A stretch of 64,000 nt of DNA from Bacillota bacterium (GCA_023460995.1 JAEWOE010000006.1:231933-295932); one strand, 5' to 3'; positions 36,460 through 46,478 are shown, numbered from the stretch's first letter. Notes: generated by a model not told the origin, from the sequence alone. Numbers and translations are program-made.

Positions 36460-39122
36460 TTCTTTTTTTCTTTTACTCTATTCATTTTTTTGAATACTTC
36501 CATAACTATTATTATAGGAATAGCTATTAAAATTAGTTTAATCAAATCTGTATAAGGTACTTTATGAGTACTTAGAACTCTTGATAATGGTTCAATTTCC
36601 ATAATAATAATTTGTAATATAATTGAACTAGATATACTAAATATAACCCAAAGATTTCCTTTAACTCCGTATTCTAATATTGATTTATGTTCACTACGAC
36701 AGTTTAATACATGGAAATTTTGAATGAAAACCATTAGTGCCATAACATAACCTCTTGCACTACTAATTTCCATATGATAAACATTTATAAGTAAATACCA
36801 TACAGCAAATACAATTACACTTATAACTATACCCGAAACCATTAACTCTTGTATAAGCAATTTATCAAATAGTGCTTCTTTAGTATTGCGTGGTTTATGT
36901 GTAAGCATACTTGACTTTTCTCTCTCAAAAGAAAGGGCTAAGTCTTGAAAACCATCTGTTACAACATTAAGCCATAAAAGTTGTATTGCGGCAAGAGGCA
37001 TAGGCATATTAAATAATATCGCAAGTAAGAAAAAAATAACTTCCCCGAGACCACATGAAATTAAAAAATATACAATTTTTCTAATATTATTGTAAGCATT
37101 TCTTCCTTCTTTAATCCCTTCTACAATTGATAAAAAATTATCATCTATAATTATCATAGATGCAGTTTCTTTAGCAACGTCAGTGCCACTTCCCATAGCA
37201 ATACCTATATTGGCAGCTCTAATAGCTGGTGCATCATTAACACCATCACCTGTTACAGCAACAAATTCTTCTTGTCTTTTATAAGAGTTAACTATTTCTA
37301 ATTTTTGAAGAGGTGAAACTCTTGAAAAGACAGTTTTATTCTTAATGTAGTTATCAAATTCCTCATGTCCTTTTTCTAGATATAAAACAATATCTTTATC
37401 AGTAGCAACCTCATCATATGATGAAGCAATATTAAGCTGCTTAGCAATAGTAAAAGCAGTAAGTGGGTGATCTCCCGTAATCATTACGACTTTTATTCCA
37501 GCCTTTTTACAATCTCTTATTGAATTAATAGTCTCAACTCTAATAGGATCAATAAATGCAACTAATCCTTTAAATATAAGAGGTTCTATATCATTATCAC
37601 TATATGCTTCTCTTTCTATAAAGTTATTAATTTTACCATCAGCAAGAGCTATTACACGATAGCCTTCACTTGCTAGCACTTCATTTTGTTTCATAATCAT
37701 TTCTTTGTCTAAGGCAGTTAATTTTTTATCTTTTTCCATGTATTTGCAAAATTCAAATACTTTTTCGACTGATCCTTTTACAGTACAGTGTATTTCATTA
37801 TCTGTATTATAGAAAACAGCGGAATACTTATTTTCTGATTCATATGGAATAATGCCAATCTTATCATTATCATTGTTAATAATTCCGGCTTTGCTTCCTA
37901 GAACTAAAAAGGCTATATCTATGGAATCTCCATTGTATTTCAAACTTTTACCATCATTAATTAAAGAAGCTTCATTGTTTATAACACCTAATTTACTTAA
38001 ACTAATAGCCTTTTCAAATTCTTCGTTGTTGTTATTTACTATTTTTCCATTAATGTCATACCCAATACCATCAATTTCAAAAATTTGTCCACTAGGTAAA
38101 ACTATTTTTTTAGCTGTTTGTTGATTAACAGTTAAAGTACCTGTTTTATCAGTAGCAATGACTGTACAACTTCCTAAACTTTCTACAGAGTTTAACTTCT
38201 TAACAACTACATTCTTTTTTGCCATTCTAGTTGAGCCAATTGTTAAAGCCATTGTTAAGGCAAGTGGTAAACCTTCAGGCATAGCTGACACTGAAAGAGC
38301 AATAACAGCTAGAAAGATAGTCGTCATATCATTTCCTTTACTAACTAATACTGCTGTAACAATAAAAGCAATAATTAGTATTAAGAAAGAAATCTGTTTG
38401 GAAAATTTTGCCATTCTTATAGTAAGTGGTGAAGGTGTTTCAACCGTTTTAGATACCTTATCAGCAATCTTTCCAATTTCAGTATTTGCACCAGTTTCGA
38501 CAATTATCGCTACTCCACGCCCTGTAATAACGCTTGTACCAGCGTATAACATATTTTTTCTATCAGCAAGGCTAACTTCATCTTCAATAACATCTTTTAA
38601 TTTAACACTATTTATACTCTCACCAGTAAGAATAGATTCATTAATAGTTAAGTTTTTAGCTTCAATTATCCTTAAATCAGCTGATATTTTATTTCCTGAT
38701 TCTATTAAAACAATATCACCAATAACAAGTTCACTAGAATCAATTTCTATTTCTTTACCATCTCTTCTAATTTTAACTTTTACTTTTATAAGTTGTTCTA
38801 GTGCCTCAGCACTTTTCTCTGCGCGCCACTCTTGAAAAGTTCCAATAATAGCGTCTATCATTATTATAAAAATTATTGCAAAAGCATCAAGCGCTTCATT
38901 CGCTACAAATGATAGTATAATAGCGACAATTAAAAGCAAAACTATTGGGTCATTAAATTCACTAATAAATATTTTTAAAATACTGTCTTTCTTTTTCTTT
39001 GGTAGCTCATTGAGTCCATTTTCTTCAAGAAGCTTTTTCGCTTCTTTATTTTTTATACCATTAATACTACTATTCAATTTCTCAAAAATAATTTCATTCG
39101 ATAATTGATACCATTCTTTCAT
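36456..39122 (-). CDS. P-type cation ATPase (Ca2+/Mg2+, SERCA/YloB-like)
   Basis: DKTGTLT, TGDHPLTA, TGDGVNDAPA, and 10 predicted TM segments. GGTGAT RBS. Confidence 0.85.
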   Translation of the reverse strand: MKEWYQLSNEIIFEKLNSSINGIKNKEAKKLLEENGLNELPKKKKDSILKIFISEFNDPIVLLLIVAIILSFVANEALDAFAIIFIIMIDAIIGTFQEWRAEKSAEALEQLIKVKVKIRRDGKEIEIDSSELVIGDIVLIESGNKISADLRIIEAKNLTINESILTGESINSVKLKDVIEDEVSLADRKNMLYAGTSVITGRGVAIIVETGANTEIGKIADKVSKTVETPSPLTIRMAKFSKQISFLILIIAFIVTAVLVSKGNDMTTIFLAVIALSVSAMPEGLPLALTMALTIGSTRMAKKNVVVKKLNSVESLGSCTVIATDKTGTLTVNQQTAKKIVLPSGQIFEIDGIGYDINGKIVNNNNEEFEKAISLSKLGVINNEASLINDGKSLKYNGDSIDIAFLVLGSKAGIINNDNDKIGIIPYESENKYSAVFYNTDNEIHCTVKGSVEKVFEFCKYMEKDKKLTALDKEMIMKQNEVLASEGYRVIALADGKINNFIEREAYSDNDIEPLIFKGLVAFIDPIRVETINSIRDCKKAGIKVVMITGDHPLTAFTIAKQLNIASSYDEVATDKDIVLYLEKGHEEFDNYIKNKTVFSRVSPLQKLEIVNSYKRQEEFVAVTGDGVNDAPAIRAANIGIAMGSGTDVAKETASMIIIDDNFLSIVEGIKEGRNAYNNIRKIVYFLISCGLGEVIFFLLAILFNMPMPLAAIQLLWLNVVTDGFQDLALSFEREKSSMLTHKPRNTKEALFDKLLIQELMVSGIVISVIVFAVWYLLINVYHMEISSARGYVMALMVFIQNFHVLNCRSEHKSILEYGVKGNLWVIFSISSSIILQIIIMEIEPLSRVLSTHKVPYTDLIKLILIAIPIIIVMEVFKKMNRVKEKKN

Positions 39123-39219
39123 ATTATCACCTACTATAATTTTAACTTTTATTTAGATATTTGTCTAGGTAGTAATAAGATATAATTCAATTTATGCTAT
39201 AATGATAATAGGTGATAGT

Positions 39220-40464
39220 ATGAAACGAGCAATAGTTTTATCAGGTGGTGGTTCAAAAGGCGCATACCAAATTGGTGTTTGGAAAGCCTTAAGAAAACTA
39301 CATAAGAAGTACGATATTGTAACAGGAACTTCTATAGGAGCAGTTAATGGTATTTTAATGGTTCAAAAAGAGTATCACAAGGCAAAAAAATTATGGAAGA
39401 ATATAGGGTATGATGATTTGTTTGATATACGATTTGATGATGCTAAAACAGAGTTTGATATCTATCGTAAGTATGCTGAAGAATTTATTTCAAATGGTGG
39501 AATGAATACTAAAAAAATCCGTAATTTTATAGCCAGTTCATATAATGAAAAAAAATTTTATAGATCAAAAGTTGATTATGGCATTGTAACTTTTAGTGTT
39601 AGTAAAATGCAACCAAAGATAGTATTAAAGAAAGAATCAAAAGATAAAATCTTAGATTATGTAATGGCATCTAGCGCTTGTTTTCCAGCTTTTCAGTCTA
39701 TTAAAATAGATAATGATAGTTATGTAGATGGTGGATATTATGATAATTTACCTATAAATTTAGCTATTGAAATGGGCGCTGAAGAAATAATAGCAATTGA
39801 TTTAGGCGCAATAGGAATAAAGAAACATGTACATAATAATAATGTTAAAATAGTAAATATAGTTCCTAAAAATGATATTGGTTCGTTTCTAGTATTTGAC
39901 AAAAATATATGCAAAAAAGCTATAAACTATGGTTATAATGATACAATGAAAATATTTTGTAAACTTGATGGAGATAACTATACTTATAGAAAAGGTAATA
40001 TAATCGCGAATTATAAGAAAAAGAAGAACAATTATGTAAACCAAATAGAAAATGTTTTAACTGATTATGAAAATGAAATAAAATTGATAGATAGAATTAT
40101 AAATTTAAACGAAATTACGGATTTATATGTTAAAAGAAATGACTTATTAGTAAAACCTAATATGCTTAAAGTAATGGAGTATGCTGGAGAAACTCTTGGC
40201 TTAGACAGCTCAAAAATATACGATGTCAACTGGTTTAATTACTTACTAAAAGATGCTCTACTTAAAAGAGAGGCTTTTAGTAAAAAATACATTAAAAAGT
40301 TAATTGAGCAAAAAAATCTTAAGAAATTATTAAATACTAGTGCAATAATCCGTTACATATATGATGCTATTATGAGTGGTAATGATAAACAATTAGAAAT
40401 ATATTTATTAGCAAGCTTATTTCCAAAAGAGTTTTTAAGTGCAATATATATTTCTATATTATAG
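39220..40464 (+). CDS. Patatin-like phospholipase with a C-terminal extension
   Basis: LSGGGSKGAYQIG oxyanion motif, GTSIGA nucleophile elbow, and DGG catalytic Asp. Start at ATG 39220. Confidence 0.8.
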   Translation: MKRAIVLSGGGSKGAYQIGVWKALRKLHKKYDIVTGTSIGAVNGILMVQKEYHKAKKLWKNIGYDDLFDIRFDDAKTEFDIYRKYAEEFISNGGMNTKKIRNFIASSYNEKKFYRSKVDYGIVTFSVSKMQPKIVLKKESKDKILDYVMASSACFPAFQSIKIDNDSYVDGGYYDNLPINLAIEMGAEEIIAIDLGAIGIKKHVHNNNVKIVNIVPKNDIGSFLVFDKNICKKAINYGYNDTMKIFCKLDGDNYTYRKGNIIANYKKKKNNYVNQIENVLTDYENEIKLIDRIINLNEITDLYVKRNDLLVKPNMLKVMEYAGETLGLDSSKIYDVNWFNYLLKDALLKREAFSKKYIKKLIEQKNLKKLLNTSAIIRYIYDAIMSGNDKQLEIYLLASLFPKEFLSAIYISIL

Positions 40465-40470
40465 TGAAAT

Positions 40471-41136
40471 ATGAAATATTATAAATTTACTTATAAAAAA
40501 CATTGGATATATATTGTAACTGCATTAACATTCATAATATTTTTATCATTACCAGAAAATATAATACTTGCTATTCCTAATATATATAATGAACTAGTAG
40601 TAATGCTTTTAATATTTATAGTTCATGAACTTTTACATGGACTAGGTTTTAGAATATGTGGAAAAGCTAGGACAAATAATATAGTTTATGGTGCAAAATT
40701 AGAAAATGGAATTTTTTACTGTGCTTGTAAAGAAGAAATAACTAAATATGGTATTATTGGTTCTTTATTAGCGCCCATAGTATTTTTAACAATTATACCA
40801 GCTATTATAGGATTTGTCTTTAATTTAGATGTTCTTATATTAATAGCCATAATAAATCTATTTGGTGCATCATTAGATATTTTAGCGACCATAGATATTT
40901 TAAGATTACCTAAAAATATTAAATATAAAGATTTAGATGATACATTAGGTTTTATCATAATTTCAGAAATTGATTTATCAAAGATAAATTATTGTGGATT
41001 AAAAATTATCAAGCAAGGTAATTATGATATAAATAAAATAAAAGCTGTTAATTATAATAAATTAACTATATCTAAACCATCAATAGTAATTTTTATAGTG
41101 ATTATCATTTTATTAATAATAGGTTTTATGTTATAA
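40471..41136 (+). CDS. DUF3267-like putative membrane zinc metalloprotease
   Basis: HELLHG motif in a TM context. 221 aa. Confidence 0.5.
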   Translation: MKYYKFTYKKHWIYIVTALTFIIFLSLPENIILAIPNIYNELVVMLLIFIVHELLHGLGFRICGKARTNNIVYGAKLENGIFYCACKEEITKYGIIGSLLAPIVFLTIIPAIIGFVFNLDVLILIAIINLFGASLDILATIDILRLPKNIKYKDLDDTLGFIIISEIDLSKINYCGLKIIKQGNYDINKIKAVNYNKLTISKPSIVIFIVIIILLIIGFML

Positions 41137-41154
41137 TTACTAACAGGTGATATT

Positions 41155-41178
41155 ATGAAACGATGGCGTAATTCCTAA
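41155..41178 (+). CDS. 7-codon upstream ORF MKRWRNS (contains a Trp codon) in the trpS leader
   Basis: AGGTGA (41145-41150) + TATT + ATG, which is the typical start context in this window. TGG at 41164-41166. Stop lies 15 nt before the trpS RBS. Confidence 0.3.
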   Translation: MKRWRNS

Positions 41179-41204
41179 GAAATATTAAATTTAGGAGGAA
41201 ATAT

Positions 41205-42221
41205 ATGGAAAAGAAAATTTTAATGACAGGTGATAGACCAACAGGTAAATTACATTTGGGACACTATTTTGGTTCTATTCAAAATAGAGTGAAAATGCAA
41301 TATGACTATGATACTTATATATTAATCGCTGATGTACAAGCGTTAACAGATAATTTCAATAATCCTGATAAAGTAAGAAAAAGTGTTAAAGAATTAACAC
41401 TAGATTATTTAGCTTCAGGAATCGATCCAAAACATTCGCACATTTATATTCAGTCAATGATACCAGAGATAGCAGAACTTACTGTTTATTATTCTAATTT
41501 AGTTACGGTAGCGAGACTTTATCGTAATCCAACAACTAAGTTTGAAGCAGTTCAAAAAGAGAATATTTTTGGTAATAATGCTGAAGGTATAACATATGGC
41601 TTTTTAGGTTATCCTGTAAGTCAAGCTGCTGATATTACAGCTTTAGATGGTGATATTGTTCCAGTAGGAGAAGATCAACTTCCTCATATTGAACAAACAA
41701 GAGAAATAGTTAGAAAATTTAATAATATATATGGTGATACATTAAAAGAACCTAATGCTGTATTATCATCTAATCCTAAAATTAAAGGACTAGATGGTAA
41801 TGAAAAAATGGGTAAAAGTTTAGGAAATGCTATTTACTTATCTGATGATGAACAAACTGTAACTAAAAAAGTTATGAGTGCTGTAACTGATCCTAATAAA
41901 GTAAGAAAAGATGATCCAGCTAATCCAGATGTATGTATGGTTTATTACTATCATAAATTATTAAGTAGTAAAAATTTAGATACTATAAACTTTGAATGTA
42001 GAAAAGGTACTAGAGGTTGTGTAGGATGTAAGAAAGAATTAATTAATGAGTTAATGGAATTCTTAGGGCCTATTCAAGAGAAAAGAAGGTACTATGAGGA
42101 GCATCCAGAACTAGTAGATCAAATATTACTAGAAGGTACAGAAGCAGCCAGAAACCAGGCTAAAAACGTCATGAAGCGTGTTAAAAAAAGTATGGATTTA
42201 GATTATTTTGAAAAACAGTAG
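41205..42221 (+). CDS. trpS: Tryptophan--tRNA ligase
   Basis: GKLHLGHY (HIGH) and KMGKS (KMSKS). 338 aa. Confidence 0.95.
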   Translation: MEKKILMTGDRPTGKLHLGHYFGSIQNRVKMQYDYDTYILIADVQALTDNFNNPDKVRKSVKELTLDYLASGIDPKHSHIYIQSMIPEIAELTVYYSNLVTVARLYRNPTTKFEAVQKENIFGNNAEGITYGFLGYPVSQAADITALDGDIVPVGEDQLPHIEQTREIVRKFNNIYGDTLKEPNAVLSSNPKIKGLDGNEKMGKSLGNAIYLSDDEQTVTKKVMSAVTDPNKVRKDDPANPDVCMVYYYHKLLSSKNLDTINFECRKGTRGCVGCKKELINELMEFLGPIQEKRRYYEEHPELVDQILLEGTEAARNQAKNVMKRVKKSMDLDYFEKQ

Positions 42222-42238
42222 TAAATACTGTTTTTTTT
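42213..42238 (+). terminator. Intrinsic terminator
   Basis: AACAGTA/TACTGTT followed by T8. Confidence 0.7.
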
Positions 42239-42271
42239 AGGTTTTAATAAATAAATATTGTATATATAAGT

Positions 42272-43765
42272 ATGGATAAATATTTAGATACAATATTTGA
42301 TGAAATAGATTCAAGTATAAAATTAGATAATAATCAAAAAGAAGTAGTTTTAGATAACAGTAATCATATTATTGTTGTAGCTGGAGCAGGTTCAGGTAAA
42401 ACGACAACAATTACAGCAAAAATAAAATACTTAGTAGAAATAAAAAAAGTATTACCTAAAGACATACTAGTTATCTCTTTTACAAATAAAGCAATAAATG
42501 AATTAAAAGAAAGAATTAATAATGATTTCAAAATAGACTGTTCCATATGTACTTTTCATAAATTCGCATATGATATTCTTAAAAAATATGATAACAAATA
42601 TAAAATAATCGCAAATCCTAAAGATATAATAAAGAAAATTATACTTGAGGATAACGAGACTAATAAAGTTATAAAAGAACTATTAAAAAACAAAAAGTAT
42701 AAATTAAAAAGTAGCAAATACAGTACCGATATGAATTATTTTACTGAGTTTACTTTAGAAAATATAAGTTTATATAAAATGACTGATATTAATGATAAGC
42801 AAATAACTAATAAAAGAACACTAACTTATTTTAAATATTTAGAAAAAATAGTTTCAAAATACTCTACATATTTAAAAAGTGAATACTTATTAGATTTTGA
42901 AGATATAGTTATTGAAGCTACTAAAATAGTGCAGTATATACCTCTTAAATACAAATATATAATTATTGATGAATATCAAGATATATCATATAATAGGTTT
43001 AAACTTATTAAAAAGATATCAGATTTATATCAAGTAAAAACAATGGTTGTTGGTGATGACTGGCAAGCTATATTTTCTTTTGCAGGATCTAATGTTAACT
43101 TGTTCTTAAACTACAAACAAGTAATGAATGCTAAGATGTATATGATAGTTAATACATATCGTAATAGTCAAGAGTTAATAGATATAGCAGGTAACTTTAT
43201 TATGAATAATAAAAAACTATTACAAAAAAAACTAATTTCAAATAATAAACTTAGTTTTCCAGTTGAGATATATAGATATAAGAATAATATACATGAAATA
43301 TTAATAATGATATTAAATAAGATTATAGGAGAAAGTGGTATTAATAAAAATATTCTTATTTTAGGAAGATATAATATGGATATAAAACTTATTATAGGAA
43401 ATAGTATTAAGGTAAAAAATGAAAAAATTATATATAAAAAATATCCTAATTTAAATATTACTTTCATGACTGTTCATGCATCTAAAGGTCTTGGATATGA
43501 TAATGTCATATTAATAAATATGATTAATGACACATATGGTTTTCCAAGTAAAATAGAAAATGATGAAATTAAAGATATCCTAATAAATAAGTCTGACAGT
43601 ATACTAGAAGAACGAAGATTATTCTATGTAGCCTTAACAAGAACAAAAAATAAAGTATATATATTAACCAAAAATAAAAAAGAGTCTTCATTTGTTAAGG
43701 AAATAGCCAATAACACTAATGTATATTATGAAAGAAAAAATACTAAAAAAAATACACAATCATAA
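42272..43765 (+). CDS. UvrD/Rep-family (helicase IV-like) SF1 DNA helicase, compact 497-aa form
   Basis: AGAGSGKTTT Walker A, IIIDEYQD, VGDDWQAIFSFAG, TVHASKGLGYD, RRLFYVALTRTK. Confidence 0.8.
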   Translation: MDKYLDTIFDEIDSSIKLDNNQKEVVLDNSNHIIVVAGAGSGKTTTITAKIKYLVEIKKVLPKDILVISFTNKAINELKERINNDFKIDCSICTFHKFAYDILKKYDNKYKIIANPKDIIKKIILEDNETNKVIKELLKNKKYKLKSSKYSTDMNYFTEFTLENISLYKMTDINDKQITNKRTLTYFKYLEKIVSKYSTYLKSEYLLDFEDIVIEATKIVQYIPLKYKYIIIDEYQDISYNRFKLIKKISDLYQVKTMVVGDDWQAIFSFAGSNVNLFLNYKQVMNAKMYMIVNTYRNSQELIDIAGNFIMNNKKLLQKKLISNNKLSFPVEIYRYKNNIHEILIMILNKIIGESGINKNILILGRYNMDIKLIIGNSIKVKNEKIIYKKYPNLNITFMTVHASKGLGYDNVILINMINDTYGFPSKIENDEIKDILINKSDSILEERRLFYVALTRTKNKVYILTKNKKESSFVKEIANNTNVYYERKNTKKNTQS

Positions 43766-43784
43766 AATATACTGAGGTGGATAT

Positions 43785-44684
43785 ATGAAAAACGCTATAA
43801 ATTATTATTATAATTTAACGCCTTGCGATATTCGCCAAAGCAAAAACAAATATTATTTTGAATATGAAAATTTTAATTATGTTTTTGAAGAATGTTTTCG
43901 AACTACTGAAGAATTATATGAACTTTATAATTTAGAATACTATTTATATAACCAACAAATATATCTACACCAGTTTGTACTTAACAAAAGTAATGAAATA
44001 ATAACAGAAGTTAATAATAAAAAATATGTATTATTAAGAAAAATAGTTAACAATGAAAATAAAATAACTATTGAAGACTTAAAAAGATTCAATAGTATAA
44101 AAATACTAGCTAATTATAAAAATATAACCAAGAATGATTGGCGTAGTTTATGGACTATGAAAGTTGATTATATTGAATATCAAATTGATTCTAATAAAAA
44201 TCGTTTTAAAATAGTTAGTAATAATATTGATTACTTTATAGGAATAATAGAAACAGGTATTGCTTTATTATTAAATAAATATACTGTAGATTTATATTTA
44301 TCTCATAGAAGAGTAAAAGTTGATACTAAAGTTACTGATTTATATAACCCATTAAATATTATAATTGATACAAGAATGAGAGATTTAAGTGAGTATTATA
44401 AAAACTTTGCTTTTAAGTATGATGTAAATGAAAATGATATATTAAATATATTAAATGACATTAATTATTCAAACGATGAAAAAGTACTCTTTTTTATTAG
44501 GTTTCTTCTTCCATCTGATTTTTTAGATATATATGATGAAATATTATTAAATGGGGCAAGTGAAGATACACTAAATTATGTTTTAAATAATGCTACAGAG
44601 TATGAGTATTTAATTAGACTAATATACTTAACATTATATAGAAATAGAATATTACCTGATATAGAATGGCTAAAAAAAATGTAA
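43785..44684 (+). CDS. Hypothetical protein (possibly CotS/YutH-like spore-coat kinase fold)
   Basis: 299-aa Tyr/Asn-rich ORF, closely following the helicase gene. Confidence 0.3.
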   Translation: MKNAINYYYNLTPCDIRQSKNKYYFEYENFNYVFEECFRTTEELYELYNLEYYLYNQQIYLHQFVLNKSNEIITEVNNKKYVLLRKIVNNENKITIEDLKRFNSIKILANYKNITKNDWRSLWTMKVDYIEYQIDSNKNRFKIVSNNIDYFIGIIETGIALLLNKYTVDLYLSHRRVKVDTKVTDLYNPLNIIIDTRMRDLSEYYKNFAFKYDVNENDILNILNDINYSNDEKVLFFIRFLLPSDFLDIYDEILLNGASEDTLNYVLNNATEYEYLIRLIYLTLYRNRILPDIEWLKKM

Positions 44685-44701
44685 GATATACTATCTTACA
44701 T
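44679..44701. terminator. Bidirectional terminator
   Basis: ATGTAAGATA/TATCTTACAT dyad with a flanking A8 run. Confidence 0.6.
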
Positions 44702-44933
44702 TAATTACTTCTTTTACAGTTGGGATTTCTTCTTTAATAGCGGCTTCAATACCATCTTTTAAAGTTAAATCAAGCATGTGACAATTTGAACATGCTCCCA
44801 TCATTCTTATATATACAACATTATCTTCGTACTTAACATATTCAATGTTACCGCCGTCATTAATTAAAAACGGTCTTAAACGGTCAATAATCTCAATTAT
44901 TTTCTCTTCTTCTTTGTTTATTTCTTTATCCAT
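44691..44933 (-). CDS. NifU-C/Nfu-type Fe-S cluster carrier protein
   Basis: RPFLINDGGNIEY...GACSNCHM (CxxC). Start at ATG 44933, after GGTGAT-GAAA. Confidence 0.8.
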   Translation of the reverse strand: MDKEINKEEEKIIEIIDRLRPFLINDGGNIEYVKYEDNVVYIRMMGACSNCHMLDLTLKDGIEAAIKEEIPTVKEVINVR

Positions 44934-45033
44934 TTTCATCACCTACGCATTATTATATATTAAAATATATCATAAGTAAACACTTTAAAAAGGTTTTTAT
45001 GTATGTTATAATACCGTTAGCGAGGTGATACAA

Positions 45034-45399
45034 GTGATCCCATATAAAAAAGGACAAACTGTGAAAGGAACTATTACTGGAATTGAAAAATACGGTGCCT
45101 TTGTATCGCTAGATGAGTATTATACAGGACTTATTCATATTTCAGAAATATCACATGGTTATGTAAAAGACATAAATGATTTTATAAAAATAGGAGATAC
45201 TATATATGTTGAAGTTCTTGATGTAGATGAAGAACAATTTCAATTAAAACTAAGTATAAAGAATATTACATATAAAAGAAATCCTTATGTACCAAAAAAG
45301 AAGATTAAAGAGACTAGTTTAGGATTTAAAACACTTGCTTATAAATTACCTATTTGGATAGAAGAAAATTTAAAAAAACAAGAAAAAACTGTTAAATAG
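45034..45399 (+). CDS. S1 RNA-binding domain protein (YugI/GSP13-like)
   Basis: KGQTVKGTITGIEKYGAFVSL...GLIHISEIS. GTG 45034 follows GAGGTGAT. Confidence 0.8.
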   Translation: MIPYKKGQTVKGTITGIEKYGAFVSLDEYYTGLIHISEISHGYVKDINDFIKIGDTIYVEVLDVDEEQFQLKLSIKNITYKRNPYVPKKKIKETSLGFKTLAYKLPIWIEENLKKQEKTVK

Positions 45400-45401
45400 T
45401 G

Positions 45402-45430
45402 TTGACAAACAATTATTATAATGATATATT
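45402..45430 (+). promoter_or_regulatory. Promoter of tRNA cluster 1
   Basis: TTGACA 45402-45407, 17-nt spacer, TG-extended TATATT 45425-45430. Confidence 0.7.
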
Positions 45431-45452
45431 TAATTACGTCAACTGATTTTTC

Positions 45453-45529
45453 GGGCGATTAGCTCAGTTGGTTAGAGCACCTGCCTTACAAGCAGGGGGT
45501 CGTAGGTTCGAGTCCTACATCGCCCACCA
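45453..45529 (+). tRNA. tRNA-Val (UAC)
   Basis: Cloverleaf, anticodon loop CTTACAA, encoded CCA. Confidence 0.95.
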
Positions 45530-45537
45530 TATATTGT

Positions 45538-45613
<76 letters not shown>

Positions 45614-45636
45614 TTTTTATTATGACGAATACATAT

Positions 45637-45720
45637 GGAAGGATAGCGAAGTGGCTAAACGCGGCAGACTGTAAATCTGTTCCTTCGGGTTCGATGGTTC
45701 GAATCCATCTCCTTCCACCA
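45637..45720 (+). tRNA. tRNA-Tyr (GUA)
   Basis: Long variable arm, anticodon loop CTGTAAA, encoded CCA. Confidence 0.95.
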
Positions 45721-45751
45721 CTTTATTATTTGACATATGTAGGCAATACAT

Positions 45752-45826
45752 TGCCTCGTGGCCAAGCGGTAAGGCACCACACTTTGACTGTGGCATGCGC
45801 TAGTTCGAATCTAGCCGAGGCAGCCA
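45752..45826 (+). tRNA. tRNA-Gln (UUG)
   Basis: Anticodon loop CTTTGAC, encoded CCA. Confidence 0.9.
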
Positions 45827-45838
45827 TTTTTAATATTT

Positions 45839-45914
45839 GTCCCGTTAGCTCAGCCGGTAGAGCATTTGACTTTTAATCAAAGGGTCGTGAGTTCGAATCT
45901 CGCACGGGACACCA
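45839..45914 (+). tRNA. tRNA-Lys (UUU)
   Basis: Anticodon loop CTTTTAA, encoded CCA. Confidence 0.95.
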
Positions 45915-45922
45915 TTTTATAT

Positions 45923-46011
45923 GCCTGAGTGGCGAAATTGGTAGACGCACAGGACTTAAAATCCTGCGGGAGTCAAATCCCATGCCGGTTCAAGTCCGGC
46001 CTTAGGCACCA
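45923..46011 (+). tRNA. tRNA-Leu (UAA)
   Basis: Long variable arm, anticodon loop CTTAAAA, encoded CCA. Confidence 0.95.
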
Positions 46012-46022
46012 ATAAGTAAATT

Positions 46023-46044
46023 AACTCCTGTTAGGAGTTTTTTT
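46023..46044 (+). terminator. Terminator of tRNA cluster 1
   Basis: AACTCCT/AGGAGTT followed by T7. Confidence 0.75.
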
Positions 46045-46114
46045 ATAAATTTTATTAATTTATAAAGCATATAATAGAATATCAAGAAAAATGTTCATTT
46101 TGTTAGGATTTTTG

Positions 46115-46144
46115 TTGACTTTTAAATTTTATTTATGCTATAAT
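46115..46144 (+). promoter_or_regulatory. Promoter of tRNA cluster 2
   Basis: TTGACT 46115-46120, 18-nt spacer, TG-extended TATAAT 46139-46144. Confidence 0.7.
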
Positions 46145-46191
46145 CTACTTGTCTCTTGAAAAGAAGAGCACAAATCAACGAGTAAAAATGT

Positions 46192-46282
46192 GGAGAAATA
46201 CCCAAGTCTGGTTGAAGGGACCGGTCTTGAAAACCGGGAGGTCGGAGACGGCGCGGGGGTTCGAATCCCTCTTTCTCCGCCA
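46192..46282 (+). tRNA. tRNA-Ser (UGA)
   Basis: Long variable arm, anticodon loop CTTGAAA, encoded CCA. Confidence 0.95.
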
Positions 46283-46312
46283 TTAATGTTTTGGCAAATA
46301 ATAAATTTATAT

Positions 46313-46389
<77 letters not shown>

Positions 46390-46392
46390 TAT

Positions 46393-46468
46393 GGTTCCGT
46401 AGTGTAGTGGTTATCACGTCTGCCTGTCACGCAGAAGATCGCCGGTTCGAACCCGGTCGGAACCGCCA
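46393..46468 (+). tRNA. tRNA-Asp (GUC)
   Basis: Anticodon loop CTGTCAC, encoded CCA. Confidence 0.95.
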
Positions 46469-46478
46469 TTTATTATTT

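Noticed and set aside
37852-38835. Plus-strand ORFs of 90 aa (37852-38124) and 225 aa (38158-38835)
   Set aside because: Both are antisense to a well-supported P-type ATPase gene. They have low-complexity S/I/L/T-rich translations, no RBS and no recognisable motifs.
41137-41204. T-box riboswitch upstream of trpS
   Set aside because: The gap is only 68 nt. It has no specifier loop, T-box sequence or terminator/antiterminator stems.
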